Source of the DNA: Candidatus Parabacteroides intestinipullorum
Lineage (GTDB): Bacteria > Bacteroidota > Bacteroidia > Bacteroidales > Tannerellaceae
DNA: 64,000 nucleotides
Reading direction: 5' to 3'
Assembly (NCBI GenBank): GCA_019114965.1
Contig: DXEL01000044.1
Coordinates: 27,542 to 91,541, forward strand
The position numbers were made by a program, and so were the translations under genes. This document shows positions 28,876-38,500 of the stretch, piece by piece; within the stretch, counting starts at the first letter, position 1; every line of letters starts with the position of its first letter. The notes under the pieces were generated by a model that was given only the letters and a program-made list of their open reading frames with translations, was not told the DNA's origin and did no database searches.

Positions 28876-29874
28876 ATGGTAAGTTACAAGGAATTAGGTT
28901 TGGTGAACACCAAGGAGATGTTCGCTAAGGCCATTAAGGGTGGATACGCGATCCCCGCGTTCAACTTCAATAACATGGAACAATTGCAGGCTATTATTAA
29001 GGCTGCTGTTGAGACTAAGTCGCCGGTTATCCTTCAGGTATCTAAGGGCGCGCGCAATTACGCGAACCAGACTTTGCTTCGCTATATGGCTGAGGGTGCT
29101 GTCCAGTATGCTAAGGAGTTGGGTTGCGAGCATCCGCAAATCGTGTTGCACTTGGATCACGGTGATTCTTTCGAGTTGTGCAAGTCTTGCGTAGACATGG
29201 GCTTCTCTTCTGTCATGATCGACGGTTCTCACCTGCCTTATGAGGAGAATGTCGCCTTGACAAAGAAGGTTGTTGACTATGCGCATCAATATGACGTAAC
29301 CGTAGAGGGTGAGCTGGGTGTCCTGGCCGGTGTTGAGGATGAGGTCAGCGCGGAGCATCATACTTATACGGATCCGGAGGAGGTTGTTGATTTCGCTACT
29401 CGTACGGGTTGCGACTCTTTGGCGATCTCTATCGGTACTTCTCATGGCGCTTACAAGTTCAAACCGGAGCAGTGCCATGTTGATCCGGCTACGGGCCGCT
29501 TGGTTCCTCCTCCATTGGCATTCGACGTATTGGATGCTGTCATGAAGAAATTGCCGGGCTTCCCCATCGTTCTTCACGGTTCTTCTTCTGTTCCTCAGGA
29601 AGAGGTCGACACGATCAACAAATATGGTGGCAAGCTTGAGGCCGCTATCGGTATTCCTGAAGAGGAGTTGCGTAAGGCCGCTAAGTCTGCCGTTTGCAAG
29701 ATCAACATCGACTCCGACTCTCGTTTGGCGATGACTGCGGCTATCCGTAAGGTATTTGCTGAGAAACCGGCTGAGTTTGACCCACGTAAGTATCTGGGCC
29801 CGGCCCGCGACAATATGGAGAAACTTTACAAGCACAAGATTTTGAACGTTCTTGGTTCTAACGACAAGTTGTAA
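28876..29874 (+). CDS. fba: Class II fructose-bisphosphate aldolase
   Basis: PAFNFNN, LHLDHG, SSVMIDGS, VEGELG, SIGTSHGAYK, VLHGSS and KINIDSD motifs. Confidence 0.97.
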   Translation: MVSYKELGLVNTKEMFAKAIKGGYAIPAFNFNNMEQLQAIIKAAVETKSPVILQVSKGARNYANQTLLRYMAEGAVQYAKELGCEHPQIVLHLDHGDSFELCKSCVDMGFSSVMIDGSHLPYEENVALTKKVVDYAHQYDVTVEGELGVLAGVEDEVSAEHHTYTDPEEVVDFATRTGCDSLAISIGTSHGAYKFKPEQCHVDPATGRLVPPPLAFDVLDAVMKKLPGFPIVLHGSSSVPQEEVDTINKYGGKLEAAIGIPEEELRKAAKSAVCKINIDSDSRLAMTAAIRKVFAEKPAEFDPRKYLGPARDNMEKLYKHKILNVLGSNDKL

Positions 29875-29902
29875 TCTTTTCCATAATATTATAATAATAA
29901 GG

Positions 29903-29938
29903 ATAGGCGTCTCCCTTTTGGGAGGCGCCTATTTTTTT
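29903..29938 (+). terminator. Intrinsic terminator after fba
   Basis: ATAGGCGTCTCCC-TTTT-GGGAGGCGCCTAT followed by a T-tract. Confidence 0.9.
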
Positions 29939-30064
29939 GTAAATAAACCTGAATCGTTTAAATATATTTTACTTATATTGCGGGATATGTTGCATAACAT
30001 GTGTGTTTTGGCGGACCAGTGAAAAAAAAGTAACAAAACAAGTTTTGGAATGTAAAAAAATATG

Positions 30065-30072
30065 TACATTTG
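30065..30072 (+). promoter_or_regulatory. Canonical -7 element (TACATTTG), with TTTG -33 element near 30044
   Basis: Both elements match the Bacteroidetes sigma-A consensus, upstream of susC. Confidence 0.65.
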
Positions 30073-30124
30073 TGCTGTGCCTGTGTGGGGCATAGTTAAT
30101 TTAATGTTAACCTATTTTTGTGAT

Positions 30125-33100
30125 ATGATGAACAATCAGTTGGCTTTTGTTAAAAGTGGGCTGGGGTTGGCACTCTGTTTTATGATGGTAGGTGCGGGTG
30201 TAACACCTTCCGCATATGCGTCGACCGTTGGCGCGAGTGTTTCAGCGAATCAACAAGCCCGGACAGTTACGGGTACCGTAACTGACCAAAAGGGGGAGCC
30301 CCTTTTGGGTGTGAATGTAGTTGTAAAAGGAACAACGAATGGTACGATTACCGACATGGACGGTAAGTTTACTCTCGAGGTGGCTCCGAATGCCATCCTG
30401 TCGATTTCTTACATCGGATATGTGTCCCAAGACATTCCGGTGACAAGTGATGTGTTGAAAGTCGTGTTGAGAGAAGACACGCAAAATCTGGAAGAGGTTG
30501 TCGTTGTCGGTTATGGTACGCAGCAGAAAAAGGATATTACCGGATCTGTCGCCGTTGTCGATACGAAAGAGTTGTTGGCCTCTTCAGGTTCTTCAGCAAC
30601 GCAACAGTTGCAAGGTAAGGCGGCCGGTGTCTATATCGGTCAGTCCGGTTCTCCTGGTTCTCCTTCTATGGTTCGTATTCGTGGTATCAATACGGTCAAC
30701 GATAACGGTCCGTTGTATGTCATCGATGGTGTCTCTACTCGTAACCAGGATTTGAGCTCATTGAACCCGAATGATATCGAGAGCATGCAGGTCTTGAAGG
30801 ATGCCTCTTCTGCTGCTATCTATGGTGCGCAGGCAGCGAATGGTGTTATCTTGATTACGACTAAGAAAGGTACGAAATCCGGACAGCCGCGTTTGACTTA
30901 TGATGGATATGTCGGCGTACAGAAGACTGGAAAGAAGTATGACGTCTTGAACTCAATGGATCGTTTGAATCTGGAGTGGGATGCTAAGGCAAATCAGATC
31001 GCGTTAACAGGCGCTGGTGGTTATCCTTCTCACGTACAGTTTGGTACAGGCGAGCGTCCTTCTATTCCTAATTATTTGACACAAGCAGGTGCGAATGGTT
31101 TGACTAATATTGATCCGAGTGATTATAGCTATCCGGGTACAACATACGCTCCTTTCTCTGATACGGATTGGTGGGACGAAATTGATCGTGCGGCTATGAT
31201 CCAGAACCATCAGATTGGTTTGTCGGGTGGTACGGAGAAGGGTCAATACAACTTGAGCGCGAACTACTTCAAGCAGGATGGTACGGTTATTGACTCTTAC
31301 TATCAACGTTATCAGGTACGTGCGAATACCTCATTCAACGTACGTGATTGGTTGCGTGTTGGCGAGAACTTGACTTACGCCTTTACGAAAGATAATGGCT
31401 TGAATGCGACAGGAGCTGAATCTAACCCCTATTCTTGGACTTACCGTGCTTCTCCTTATGTGCCGGTTTATGATATTGCGGGTAATTTCGCAGGATCTAA
31501 ATTTGCTGGTACAGGTAACTTCCAGAACCCGGTAGCAAATGCGGTTCGTGGTAAGGATAATTATTATTCTAATAACCGTATTTTTGGTAATTTGTGGGCA
31601 GAGGCCGATATTATCGATGGTTTGACATTCCGCACGAACTTTGGTTTGGACTATACGAATAGTTATTCTTATGCGATGTCTAAGAAAAACCCAGAGTTCT
31701 CAGAAACAACCGGTGTAAATTATTTAGAGGAAAAATCAAGTTATAACTATCGTTGGGTATGGACTAATACCTTGAGCTATAACAAGACTTTCAACGATGT
31801 TCATAAGTTGACCGTTTTGTTGGGTACGGAGGCTATCCGTGATGGTTTGGGACGTACAATGACAGGACGTCGTTATACCTATCTTTATGAAGATAATACC
31901 GATACTTGGGAGTTGAATATGGGTGAGAATGATAACCAACGTATTGCGGATTCAAATTATAAAGGAGAATTTGCGTTGTTCGGTATCTTTGGTCGTGTAG
32001 ACTATTCTTACGCTGACAAATATTTGTTCACCGGTATCATCCGTCGAGATGGCGTTTCTCGTTTTTCGGATTCCAACCGTTATGGTGTCTTCCCATCTGT
32101 ATCTTTAGGTTGGCGTCTTTCTCAGGAGTCATTCATGGAGAATACTCGTGACTGGTTAGACGATTTGAAGCTTCGTGTTGGTTACGGACAGACTGGTAAC
32201 TCTGAGGTGCCTCGTATTACAAACTATGCGATGGAGTATCGTACTTATCCGAAACGTTCTCGTTACGATTTCAATGGTATGAATACCTCGACTGTTAATG
32301 GTTTTATCTTGGATAAGTATGGTAATGAGGATACCAAGTGGGAGGCAACCGAGATGTGGAACGTCGGTTTGGATGGTACCTTCCTGAATGGTAAGTTTGG
32401 ATTCGGCTTGGAGTGGTATTGGAAGAAGACGACCGATATGTTGATCGAGGCACAATATTCCGCATTGGCTAACCCGGAGATTGGCAAGCCTTACATCAAC
32501 TTTGGTGATATCAAGAATACCGGTGTCGATTTCAATTTCAACTATCGCGACTCGAAGGGCGACTGGTCATGGGATGTCAACTTGAACCTCTCACATTATA
32601 AGAATGAGGTCTTGAGAATCTCTGAGTCTGACGACGCTTCTTTGTGGGGTGGCGGTACTCGTATCTCAGGTAACGTAACTCGTACGACAAAGGGACATGC
32701 TATCTCTGAGTTCTATGGTTATGTAGTGGATGGTTTCTATGAAAATACGGACGAGGTTATGGCATTACCACCTCTGGGACAGACAGTCTCTGATGCTGAG
32801 GCCGCTAAGGCTTGGGTTGGTAAGTTCAAGTTTAAGGATGTTGATGGTGATGGAAAGTTGAGCGAGAGCGACCGTACATTTATTGGTTCACCGCATCCTG
32901 ATTTGATCGCCGGTTTGAACGCGACAATTACTTGGAAGAACTGGGACTTCACGATGTTCTGGTATTCAACAATCGGAAATGACTTGTTCAATAACAATAA
33001 GTACTTTACGGATTTCTGGTTGTTCGAGGGTAACAAGTCTTCACGTATGCGCGACTTGTCTTGGACACCGGGTGCTGACAACAGTAAGGCCGTATTGCCG

Positions 33101-33421
33101 ATCTTGGATTATGGTGATACCTACTCTGGTACGAACTCCAGCTCATATTATGTAGAGGATGCTTCCTTCTTGCGTTTGAAGAATGTTGTTTTGGGTTATA
33201 CTTTCCCGAAGACTGTCTTGTCGAAAGCGGGTATCCAGAACTTGCGTCTCTATGTACAGGCTGAGAACATTTTGACGATCACTGGTTACGATGGCTTGGA
33301 TCCGGAGTATACGAATGCGGATGTTAGCAAGACCAGCGGTGGTGACCTTCAGAGAGGTGTTGATATGGGTGGTTGGCCAACAACCATGCGTTTCTTGTTT
33401 GGCGTGAACTTCGCGTTCTAA
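30125..33421 (+). CDS. susC: SusC/RagA family TonB-dependent receptor
   Basis: GTTNGTITDMDG, EEVVVVGYG, PLYVIDG, LKDASSAAIYGAQAANGVILITTKKG motifs; C-terminal Phe; likely start 30125 (ORF track 30062). Confidence 0.95.
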   Translation: MMNNQLAFVKSGLGLALCFMMVGAGVTPSAYASTVGASVSANQQARTVTGTVTDQKGEPLLGVNVVVKGTTNGTITDMDGKFTLEVAPNAILSISYIGYVSQDIPVTSDVLKVVLREDTQNLEEVVVVGYGTQQKKDITGSVAVVDTKELLASSGSSATQQLQGKAAGVYIGQSGSPGSPSMVRIRGINTVNDNGPLYVIDGVSTRNQDLSSLNPNDIESMQVLKDASSAAIYGAQAANGVILITTKKGTKSGQPRLTYDGYVGVQKTGKKYDVLNSMDRLNLEWDAKANQIALTGAGGYPSHVQFGTGERPSIPNYLTQAGANGLTNIDPSDYSYPGTTYAPFSDTDWWDEIDRAAMIQNHQIGLSGGTEKGQYNLSANYFKQDGTVIDSYYQRYQVRANTSFNVRDWLRVGENLTYAFTKDNGLNATGAESNPYSWTYRASPYVPVYDIAGNFAGSKFAGTGNFQNPVANAVRGKDNYYSNNRIFGNLWAEADIIDGLTFRTNFGLDYTNSYSYAMSKKNPEFSETTGVNYLEEKSSYNYRWVWTNTLSYNKTFNDVHKLTVLLGTEAIRDGLGRTMTGRRYTYLYEDNTDTWELNMGENDNQRIADSNYKGEFALFGIFGRVDYSYADKYLFTGIIRRDGVSRFSDSNRYGVFPSVSLGWRLSQESFMENTRDWLDDLKLRVGYGQTGNSEVPRITNYAMEYRTYPKRSRYDFNGMNTSTVNGFILDKYGNEDTKWEATEMWNVGLDGTFLNGKFGFGLEWYWKKTTDMLIEAQYSALANPEIGKPYINFGDIKNTGVDFNFNYRDSKGDWSWDVNLNLSHYKNEVLRISESDDASLWGGGTRISGNVTRTTKGHAISEFYGYVVDGFYENTDEVMALPPLGQTVSDAEAAKAWVGKFKFKDVDGDGKLSESDRTFIGSPHPDLIAGLNATITWKNWDFTMFWYSTIGNDLFNNNKYFTDFWLFEGNKSSRMRDLSWTPGADNSKAVLPILDYGDTYSGTNSSSYYVEDASFLRLKNVVLGYTFPKTVLSKAGIQNLRLYVQAENILTITGYDGLDPEYTNADVSKTSGGDLQRGVDMGGWPTTMRFLFGVNFAF

Positions 33422-33467
33422 GTAAAGTAACGTCGTTTTTGAATGATAATTTTAAATGGAATCTATT

Positions 33468-35252
33468 ATGAACTTTTTCAAACTGAATAAATATATTTTC
33501 GCTTTGGCTTTCGCGGGCACGTTGACGTTGAGCTCGTGTGGCGATGATTTCTTGGGCAAAGATCCTCAAGGAGCTTTAACTCCTGAGGCATTGGCTAACG
33601 CTCAGGGAGTAGACTTGTTGACAACGAGTGCCTATGCGGCTTTGTCAACACCAGTAGAGGGTAAGGATCCTTATCAGGCTTCTCCTTTTAACTGGGTATG
33701 GGGTAGTATCTATGGTGGTGACGCCAATAAGGGTTCCGATCCAGGAGACCAATCCACTGTAAATGAGATTGAGTTGTATAACACGATGTCTACTAATGGT
33801 TATCTGGATCAGAAGTGGGCATGGGTTTACATGACAAATAAGCGTGTGAATTTGGCTTTACAAACCATGGATTTGGCGGAAGATTTGGATGACGCTACAC
33901 GTACTCGTCGTACTGCGGAGTTAAAATTCTTACGTGCTTTGGCATATTTTGAAGGTATGCGTGTTTTTGGTCGAACGGGTTGTCCTTATGTGGATGAGTC
34001 CCATACGGAGAATAATCCAATGGTCGCAAATGGTGTGGATATTTCGGAAAATGTGCTTGCTGATGTAGATGCGGCTATTTCAGGATTACCAGAAACTTTG
34101 GCCGGTGCAGATGATGGTCAAGTTGGGCGTGCGAATGTTTGGGCTGCAAAGGCTTTGAAGGCGAAAATTTTAATGTTTTTGAATCGTCAAAGTGAGGCCA
34201 AACCACTTTTGGCAGAGATCCTTTCAAGCGGAGTTAATACTAAAGGTCTTGCTTTAGGATTGGAAGATAAGATTTATAATAATTTCAATGCGTTGACTGA
34301 GAATGGAAAAGAATCCATTTTCTCTATCCAGTATTCTGCGGCGGATGAAAATAACGCACAAGCAGTTTTGACGCTTTGTTATCCGCATAACTCAGGTCCC
34401 GGTGGATGTTGTGGTTTCTTCCAGCCTTCTTATGAGTTAGCAAACTCTTTCCAGGTTGATGAGAATGGTTTACCTTATTTGAATGGTGAGTATCGTACGA
34501 AACCGTCTGTTTCTTACCGTAATACAGACCCGACTGGAGTTTTGGCTTTGAATACGGATGCCGCTGTTGATCCTCGTTTGGATTTAGCGATTGGCCGTTA
34601 TGGTGTTCCTTATAAGGATTGGGGGGAGCCGAAGAATGATTGGGTACGTAATCCAGTGAATGGAGGTATCTTCTTGCCGAAAAAGTTTGTCTTGAGTAGT
34701 GCTGAGAAAGATCAAGGTATGTATCGTATGTATGGCGGTTGGGCTCCTGGATCCGCTATGAATATTCAATATTTGAACGTACGTGACTTAACTTTGCTTT
34801 ATGCAGAATGTTTGGCTAATGATGGTCAGTTGGCTGACGCTATGGAGCAAGTGAATAAAATTCGTCGTCGTGCGGCTTTGGAGGTGAACATTACGACTAA
34901 ATCGGATGGTACGCCTGCGGCTAACTACAAGATCTCTGAGTATCCTTCTTCACATGCGGCATTCTCAAATAAGGAGACTTGTTTGAAGGCTATTCGTATG
35001 GAGCGTAAGTTGGAGTTAGCGATGGAAGGCGAGCGTTGGTTTGACTTGGTTCGTTGGGGTGGTGACTATATGGCACAAGAGTTGAAGGCTTATGTTGATT
35101 ATGAGAAGCAATATATTTCTAAATTCGCAGGTGCATCTTACTTACCAGCATCTAAGACAATGTTGCCAGTTCCAGATAATGAGATTCTGACTATGGGTAC
35201 AAATCCAGAAACAGGTCAGCCTTATTTGGTACAGCCAGAGCCTTGGAGATAG
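33468..35252 (+). CDS. susD: SusD/RagB family lipoprotein
   Basis: Lipobox LSSC-GDDFL; AELKFLRA, GRANVWAA, ESIFSIQY and ERKLELAMEGERWFDLVRWG motifs; likely start 33468. Confidence 0.95.
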   Translation: MNFFKLNKYIFALAFAGTLTLSSCGDDFLGKDPQGALTPEALANAQGVDLLTTSAYAALSTPVEGKDPYQASPFNWVWGSIYGGDANKGSDPGDQSTVNEIELYNTMSTNGYLDQKWAWVYMTNKRVNLALQTMDLAEDLDDATRTRRTAELKFLRALAYFEGMRVFGRTGCPYVDESHTENNPMVANGVDISENVLADVDAAISGLPETLAGADDGQVGRANVWAAKALKAKILMFLNRQSEAKPLLAEILSSGVNTKGLALGLEDKIYNNFNALTENGKESIFSIQYSAADENNAQAVLTLCYPHNSGPGGCCGFFQPSYELANSFQVDENGLPYLNGEYRTKPSVSYRNTDPTGVLALNTDAAVDPRLDLAIGRYGVPYKDWGEPKNDWVRNPVNGGIFLPKKFVLSSAEKDQGMYRMYGGWAPGSAMNIQYLNVRDLTLLYAECLANDGQLADAMEQVNKIRRRAALEVNITTKSDGTPAANYKISEYPSSHAAFSNKETCLKAIRMERKLELAMEGERWFDLVRWGGDYMAQELKAYVDYEKQYISKFAGASYLPASKTMLPVPDNEILTMGTNPETGQPYLVQPEPWR

Positions 35253-35276
35253 GATCTGATTTGTGATCATATAGTG

Positions 35277-35310
35277 GAAAGCGTGTCAATATTGGCACGC
35301 TTTCTTTTTG
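35277..35310 (+). terminator. Intrinsic terminator after susD
   Basis: GAAAGCGTGTCAA-TA-TTGGCACGCTTTC followed by TTTTT. Confidence 0.9.
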
Positions 35311-35312
35311 TG

Positions 35313-35415
35313 GTTCGCCCAGCATGAGTATTAGCTAACGGGTATAAGTCCCCGACGAGCCTTGACCGTGGAAATTGCCCCGCTAGGGAACCGGAAGGCA
35401 GAATCAGGAAGAAGC
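35313..35415 (+). mobile_element. Degenerate 5' fragment (domain I) of a class IIC group II intron
   Basis: Begins GTTCGCCCAGCATGAGT...CTAACGGGTATAAGTCCC, like the IIC 5' end GTG(T/C)GCCCGGCATGGGTG...CTATAGGGTGAGAGTCCC as I recall it; GAATCAGGAAGAAGC resembles GAATCTGAAGGAAGC; starts about 8 nt after a terminator stem, the known IIC target. No RT ORF and no domain V found. Confidence 0.65.
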
Positions 35416-35424
35416 TATCTTCTT

Positions 35425-35502
35425 TGGCGGATGAAGTTATACTTCGATGGTGGATGAAGTTATACTTCGATGGCGGATGAAGTTATACTTCGGTGATGGA
35501 TG
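35425..35502. repeat. Tandem 23-bp repeat, 3 copies plus a partial copy
   Basis: TGG(C/T)GGATGAAGTTATACTTCG(A/G) at 35425, 35448, 35471; GAAGT-TAT-ACTTC palindrome. Confidence 0.95.
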
Positions 35503-35585
35503 CTCTCTTTTTGTGTCCGGACACATACGCAAGTCTCCGCAGAGGTATTATTGGATTGCCTCCAGTTGGTCACGACTGGATTGTT

Positions 35586-35660
35586 AATGCCTGACAATAG
35601 GCATTATAAGGGTCTAACAATGGGCATTGTTAAGACCTGACAATAGGCATTGTTGTTAAC
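35586..35660. repeat. 23-bp-period repeat, 3 copies
   Basis: (G/A)ACAAT(A/G)GGCATT at 35593, 35616, 35639; AATGCCT-N6-AGGCATT palindrome. Confidence 0.85.
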
Positions 35661-35741
35661 CCCTTTCCCGTAGGGGATCTTCTCCTCCGCATGAGGGGAG
35701 CGAACTGACATTAGTCGTCCAAATGTATAATATTTAAGAAT

Positions 35742-36146
35742 TTATTTATCTTGAATCCAGTTTTCAATCAATATGTTAGGAATCCGTGACAAATGTTTTA
35801 CGTTCTCGGTCACCATTATTAATTTGTTATGAACAGCTGTACATCCAATTAATAAATCAAAATCATCAATTAATAAGCCTTGTTTTTTTAGTAAACTTTT
35901 GTAGTCTCCATATTTCTCAATAGTGGGGCGTATGGGTAAAATTGTTAAATATTCTTCTAGGAGATGAATCTCATTCATTTTCATTTTTTTTTGGCCACTA
36001 TTAGAAGCTCCATAATATAATTCAGCTAAAGTGATTTCAGAGATGTAGCAATTTTCCCATCCCACTTGATTCATTCGTTCAAGAATGTGATGCCGTTTTT
36101 TAAAGAGATAAATACAAATGTTTGTGTCAAGCAAATATCGTTTCAT
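35742..36146 (-). CDS. vapC: PIN-domain VapC toxin
   Basis: YLLDTNICIY, ISEITLAELYYG, DDFDLLIG.TA and MVTENVKH acidic PIN residues. Confidence 0.92.
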   Translation of the reverse strand: MKRYLLDTNICIYLFKKRHHILERMNQVGWENCYISEITLAELYYGASNSGQKKMKMNEIHLLEEYLTILPIRPTIEKYGDYKSLLKKQGLLIDDFDLLIGCTAVHNKLIMVTENVKHLSRIPNILIENWIQDK

Positions 36147-36397
36147 AAGTCTATTATTTTTCGGGTTAAGCCTTGGATTCTTGCTTCACGGATCTGGCAG
36201 ATCTCTTCTTCTGCGGTCAATCCATCCTCGCTCCATGCGTTAGAGATTTGTTCAGGTGATATCGTTATGTGTTTACGCATAGTTTCTTCTCTATGTACTA
36301 GAGATTTTACTAATCTATTGATCAAGTCTATTTTTCGATCATCACTTAAGTCTTTAAGTATATTCCAATAATAATCGTTGGTGACAGTCATTTCCAT
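36143..36397 (-). CDS. Putative antitoxin partner of VapC
   Basis: Small ORF directly upstream with a 4-bp overlap; GGAGG before ATG 36397; TATATTTG -7 element at 36433-36440. Confidence 0.7.
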   Translation of the reverse strand: MEMTVTNDYYWNILKDLSDDRKIDLINRLVKSLVHREETMRKHITISPEQISNAWSEDGLTAEEEICQIREARIQGLTRKIIDL

Positions 36398-36492
36398 AAA
36401 AAGTCCTCCTTTAAAGCAATGTATACCTATCACAAATATAGGATAAATTCTCGAAAAATTCGATATACTTCAATAGCGGATGTGCGGTATGT

Positions 36493-36615
36493 TTGGCGGA
36501 AGAGTCTGCGCCAAGCAGGGACAATGATGGGTTGAAGGCCCAAAAGTTTATATCGTAGGGCAACGCCCTACTGATACTGCAGCCTCCCTTTTCGGTAAGC
36601 CTTGAAAGGGCGAAA
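36493..36615. repeat. REP/MITE-like hairpin cluster
   Basis: GGGTTGAAGGCCC (36529), perfect GTAGGGC-AAC-GCCCTAC (36555-36571), AGCCTTGAAAGGGC (36598), TTGGCG..CGCCAA (36493-36514). Confidence 0.6.
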
Positions 36616-36695
36616 CAAGATGAATGTAATCTCGTTTTGGGTCTTCAGTCAAATCGAATTTATCCCATAAACAACAAATAAAAGGTTATCACCCT

Positions 36696-36755
36696 GTAGA
36701 GACGTGATTCATCACGTCTCTTGATTCATCACGTCTTTTGATTCATCACGTCTCT
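36696..36755. repeat. GTAG-type REP-like hairpin with a 17-bp tandem triplication of its 3' part
   Basis: GTA-GAGACGTGA-TTCA-TCACGTCTC; TGATTCATCACGTCT(C/T)T at 36705, 36722, 36739. Confidence 0.75.
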
Positions 36756-36839
36756 TTTTGAAACAGGTTGTAATTTTGACTGATTATGATTATTTAGATA
36801 TAGAGGCGTATGCGCCGTTCGGACCTACTTTCTTACATT

Positions 36840-38468
36840 TTATTTTATCCTCATTACCTCCTGGTCGAACAGGTTCTTGTCTCCTAAAGCCTTATTGCGG
36901 ACTTTGCTTCGGTAGATGTAGATCGTGTTGAGTGAGTAACGCAGGAAACGGGCGATCTTGTTGCTGTCGGTGATGCCCAATCGGATGAGGGCGAAGATGC
37001 GCAATTCGGGCGAGAGAAGCTCGCCGGGTTTGGGATGTATCCGTTCTTCCTCAATCAGGAGGGCGTTAAACGACTCCACGAAATTCGGGAAGAGGTTAAG
37101 GAAGGTCTCATCGAAACTACGATAAAATTTAGCCCGTTCCTCCTCAATGAAACGTTCGGATTTGATGGCCTTGAAAAGCTCGTTGATCTTGGAACTGATA
37201 GCCAGATTGGCTAATGAGCGCCGATAGTCCTCTAGCTTGTCAAGATACATGGTGCACTGGTCGAGGTAGTGTGCGATGTATTGTTGTTTGATGAGATTCG
37301 ATTGTGACAGCTCCTCGTTCACGTGTACTAACTGTTCGTTGGCTCTCGCCAAGGCATGACGTGCCTCGGCGATCTTCTTCATCTGGCGGTAGATATAAAT
37401 GGTCGTACCGATCAGGAAAAGGATCAGGACAGTGAAGCAGAGCAGCAGCAGGTTCTGCACCTTTTGGTTTCCTCTCTCCTTGATTTTGTAGGCCTCGCTG
37501 ACGATCGGATAGATCTCGGTCACCTCCATCGTGCGCAGCCGTGCGCCACAGAAGACAGCGTCGCGCATGCTTTGGTTGAGGTAGGCATGTGCCCGGTCGA
37601 TATCGCCTCTGGAAAATAGGATTTGCGCCAGTCGTGGAAGAGCGATATATTCCTTTATGGCCAACTGGATATCACTCATGGCTGAGTAGGCCAGGAAATA
37701 GATTTGACGCTCCTCGTCGTCGAGACCCCGATAGGCCTCCGAGAGATTGTAGGCTAAAAGTCCGGACAGGCGGATGTCATTGGTCTTATGTGCCTCGAAA
37801 GCGGGAAGAATGGCGTCGATCGCTTTTTGGTATTCTCCCTTAATGATCAATTGCTCGGATTGGGTCAACAGAAGGGAATTTTGATCCATTGTCTTATGGA
37901 TAGAGATCAAGGTATCCCGATAGGCATTGGTACGCTCGAAATAGGTCTGTTTCTCTTTGGGAGTCGGGCAATAGTCCGCCATATAACCGTATAGAGAACG
38001 GTATTGGTGATAATAGCCGACACGCAGCTCAGGTGTCGTGAGGTGACGTGTGTCTATCCCCTCGAGGATGTCGAGCGCCTCTTTGTACATACCCATGAGA
38101 CTTAATTCCTCAACCCGGTTCATTTGAACCTCCTCGATCGGGGCGAGCGCAGGGTGGAGGAGCAGGAGTTCCTCCTTGAGATCCACATAGTGAAGGGCCG
38201 AATCGGTTTGGTATTTCTTATAGGCATCGAAAAGGCCGTTGAAAATAGAATACCGTTCCGCTTCGGTCGCTTGAGGCAAACGAGCTTTCAGCTGGTCGAT
38301 CTCTTTTTCCTTTTCTTGTGTGTAGAGTGTCTCTTCAGCCAGGGTTTTGTCGAGCTGTTTCAAGATATCCTTTGTCGAGGATGAGATTGGTGTCGCTCCC
38401 CAAGCAATCACGCAGAAGAAGGGAAGCGTTAACCCAATAAGATGTAAAAAATATTTAAACTTAAGCAT
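36840..38468 (-). CDS. DUF6377-domain (SusR-like) membrane-anchored transcriptional regulator
   Basis: Signal peptide; TPR-like periplasmic region (SAMSDIQLAIKEYIAL); one TM; FYRSFDETFL.LFPNFV and ELRIFALIRLGITDSNKIARFLRYSLNTIYIYRSKVRNK HTH; divergent from susC. Confidence 0.9.
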   Translation of the reverse strand: MLKFKYFLHLIGLTLPFFCVIAWGATPISSSTKDILKQLDKTLAEETLYTQEKEKEIDQLKARLPQATEAERYSIFNGLFDAYKKYQTDSALHYVDLKEELLLLHPALAPIEEVQMNRVEELSLMGMYKEALDILEGIDTRHLTTPELRVGYYHQYRSLYGYMADYCPTPKEKQTYFERTNAYRDTLISIHKTMDQNSLLLTQSEQLIIKGEYQKAIDAILPAFEAHKTNDIRLSGLLAYNLSEAYRGLDDEERQIYFLAYSAMSDIQLAIKEYIALPRLAQILFSRGDIDRAHAYLNQSMRDAVFCGARLRTMEVTEIYPIVSEAYKIKERGNQKVQNLLLLCFTVLILFLIGTTIYIYRQMKKIAEARHALARANEQLVHVNEELSQSNLIKQQYIAHYLDQCTMYLDKLEDYRRSLANLAISSKINELFKAIKSERFIEEERAKFYRSFDETFLNLFPNFVESFNALLIEEERIHPKPGELLSPELRIFALIRLGITDSNKIARFLRYSLNTIYIYRSKVRNKALGDKNLFDQEVMRIK

Positions 38469-38500
38469 CCTTTTTTAGCGTCTTATTAATTAGTGATGCG

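Noticed and set aside
30000-30125. Invertible (phase-variable) promoter upstream of either susC
   Set aside because: No inverted repeats flanking the promoters and no recombinase in the window.
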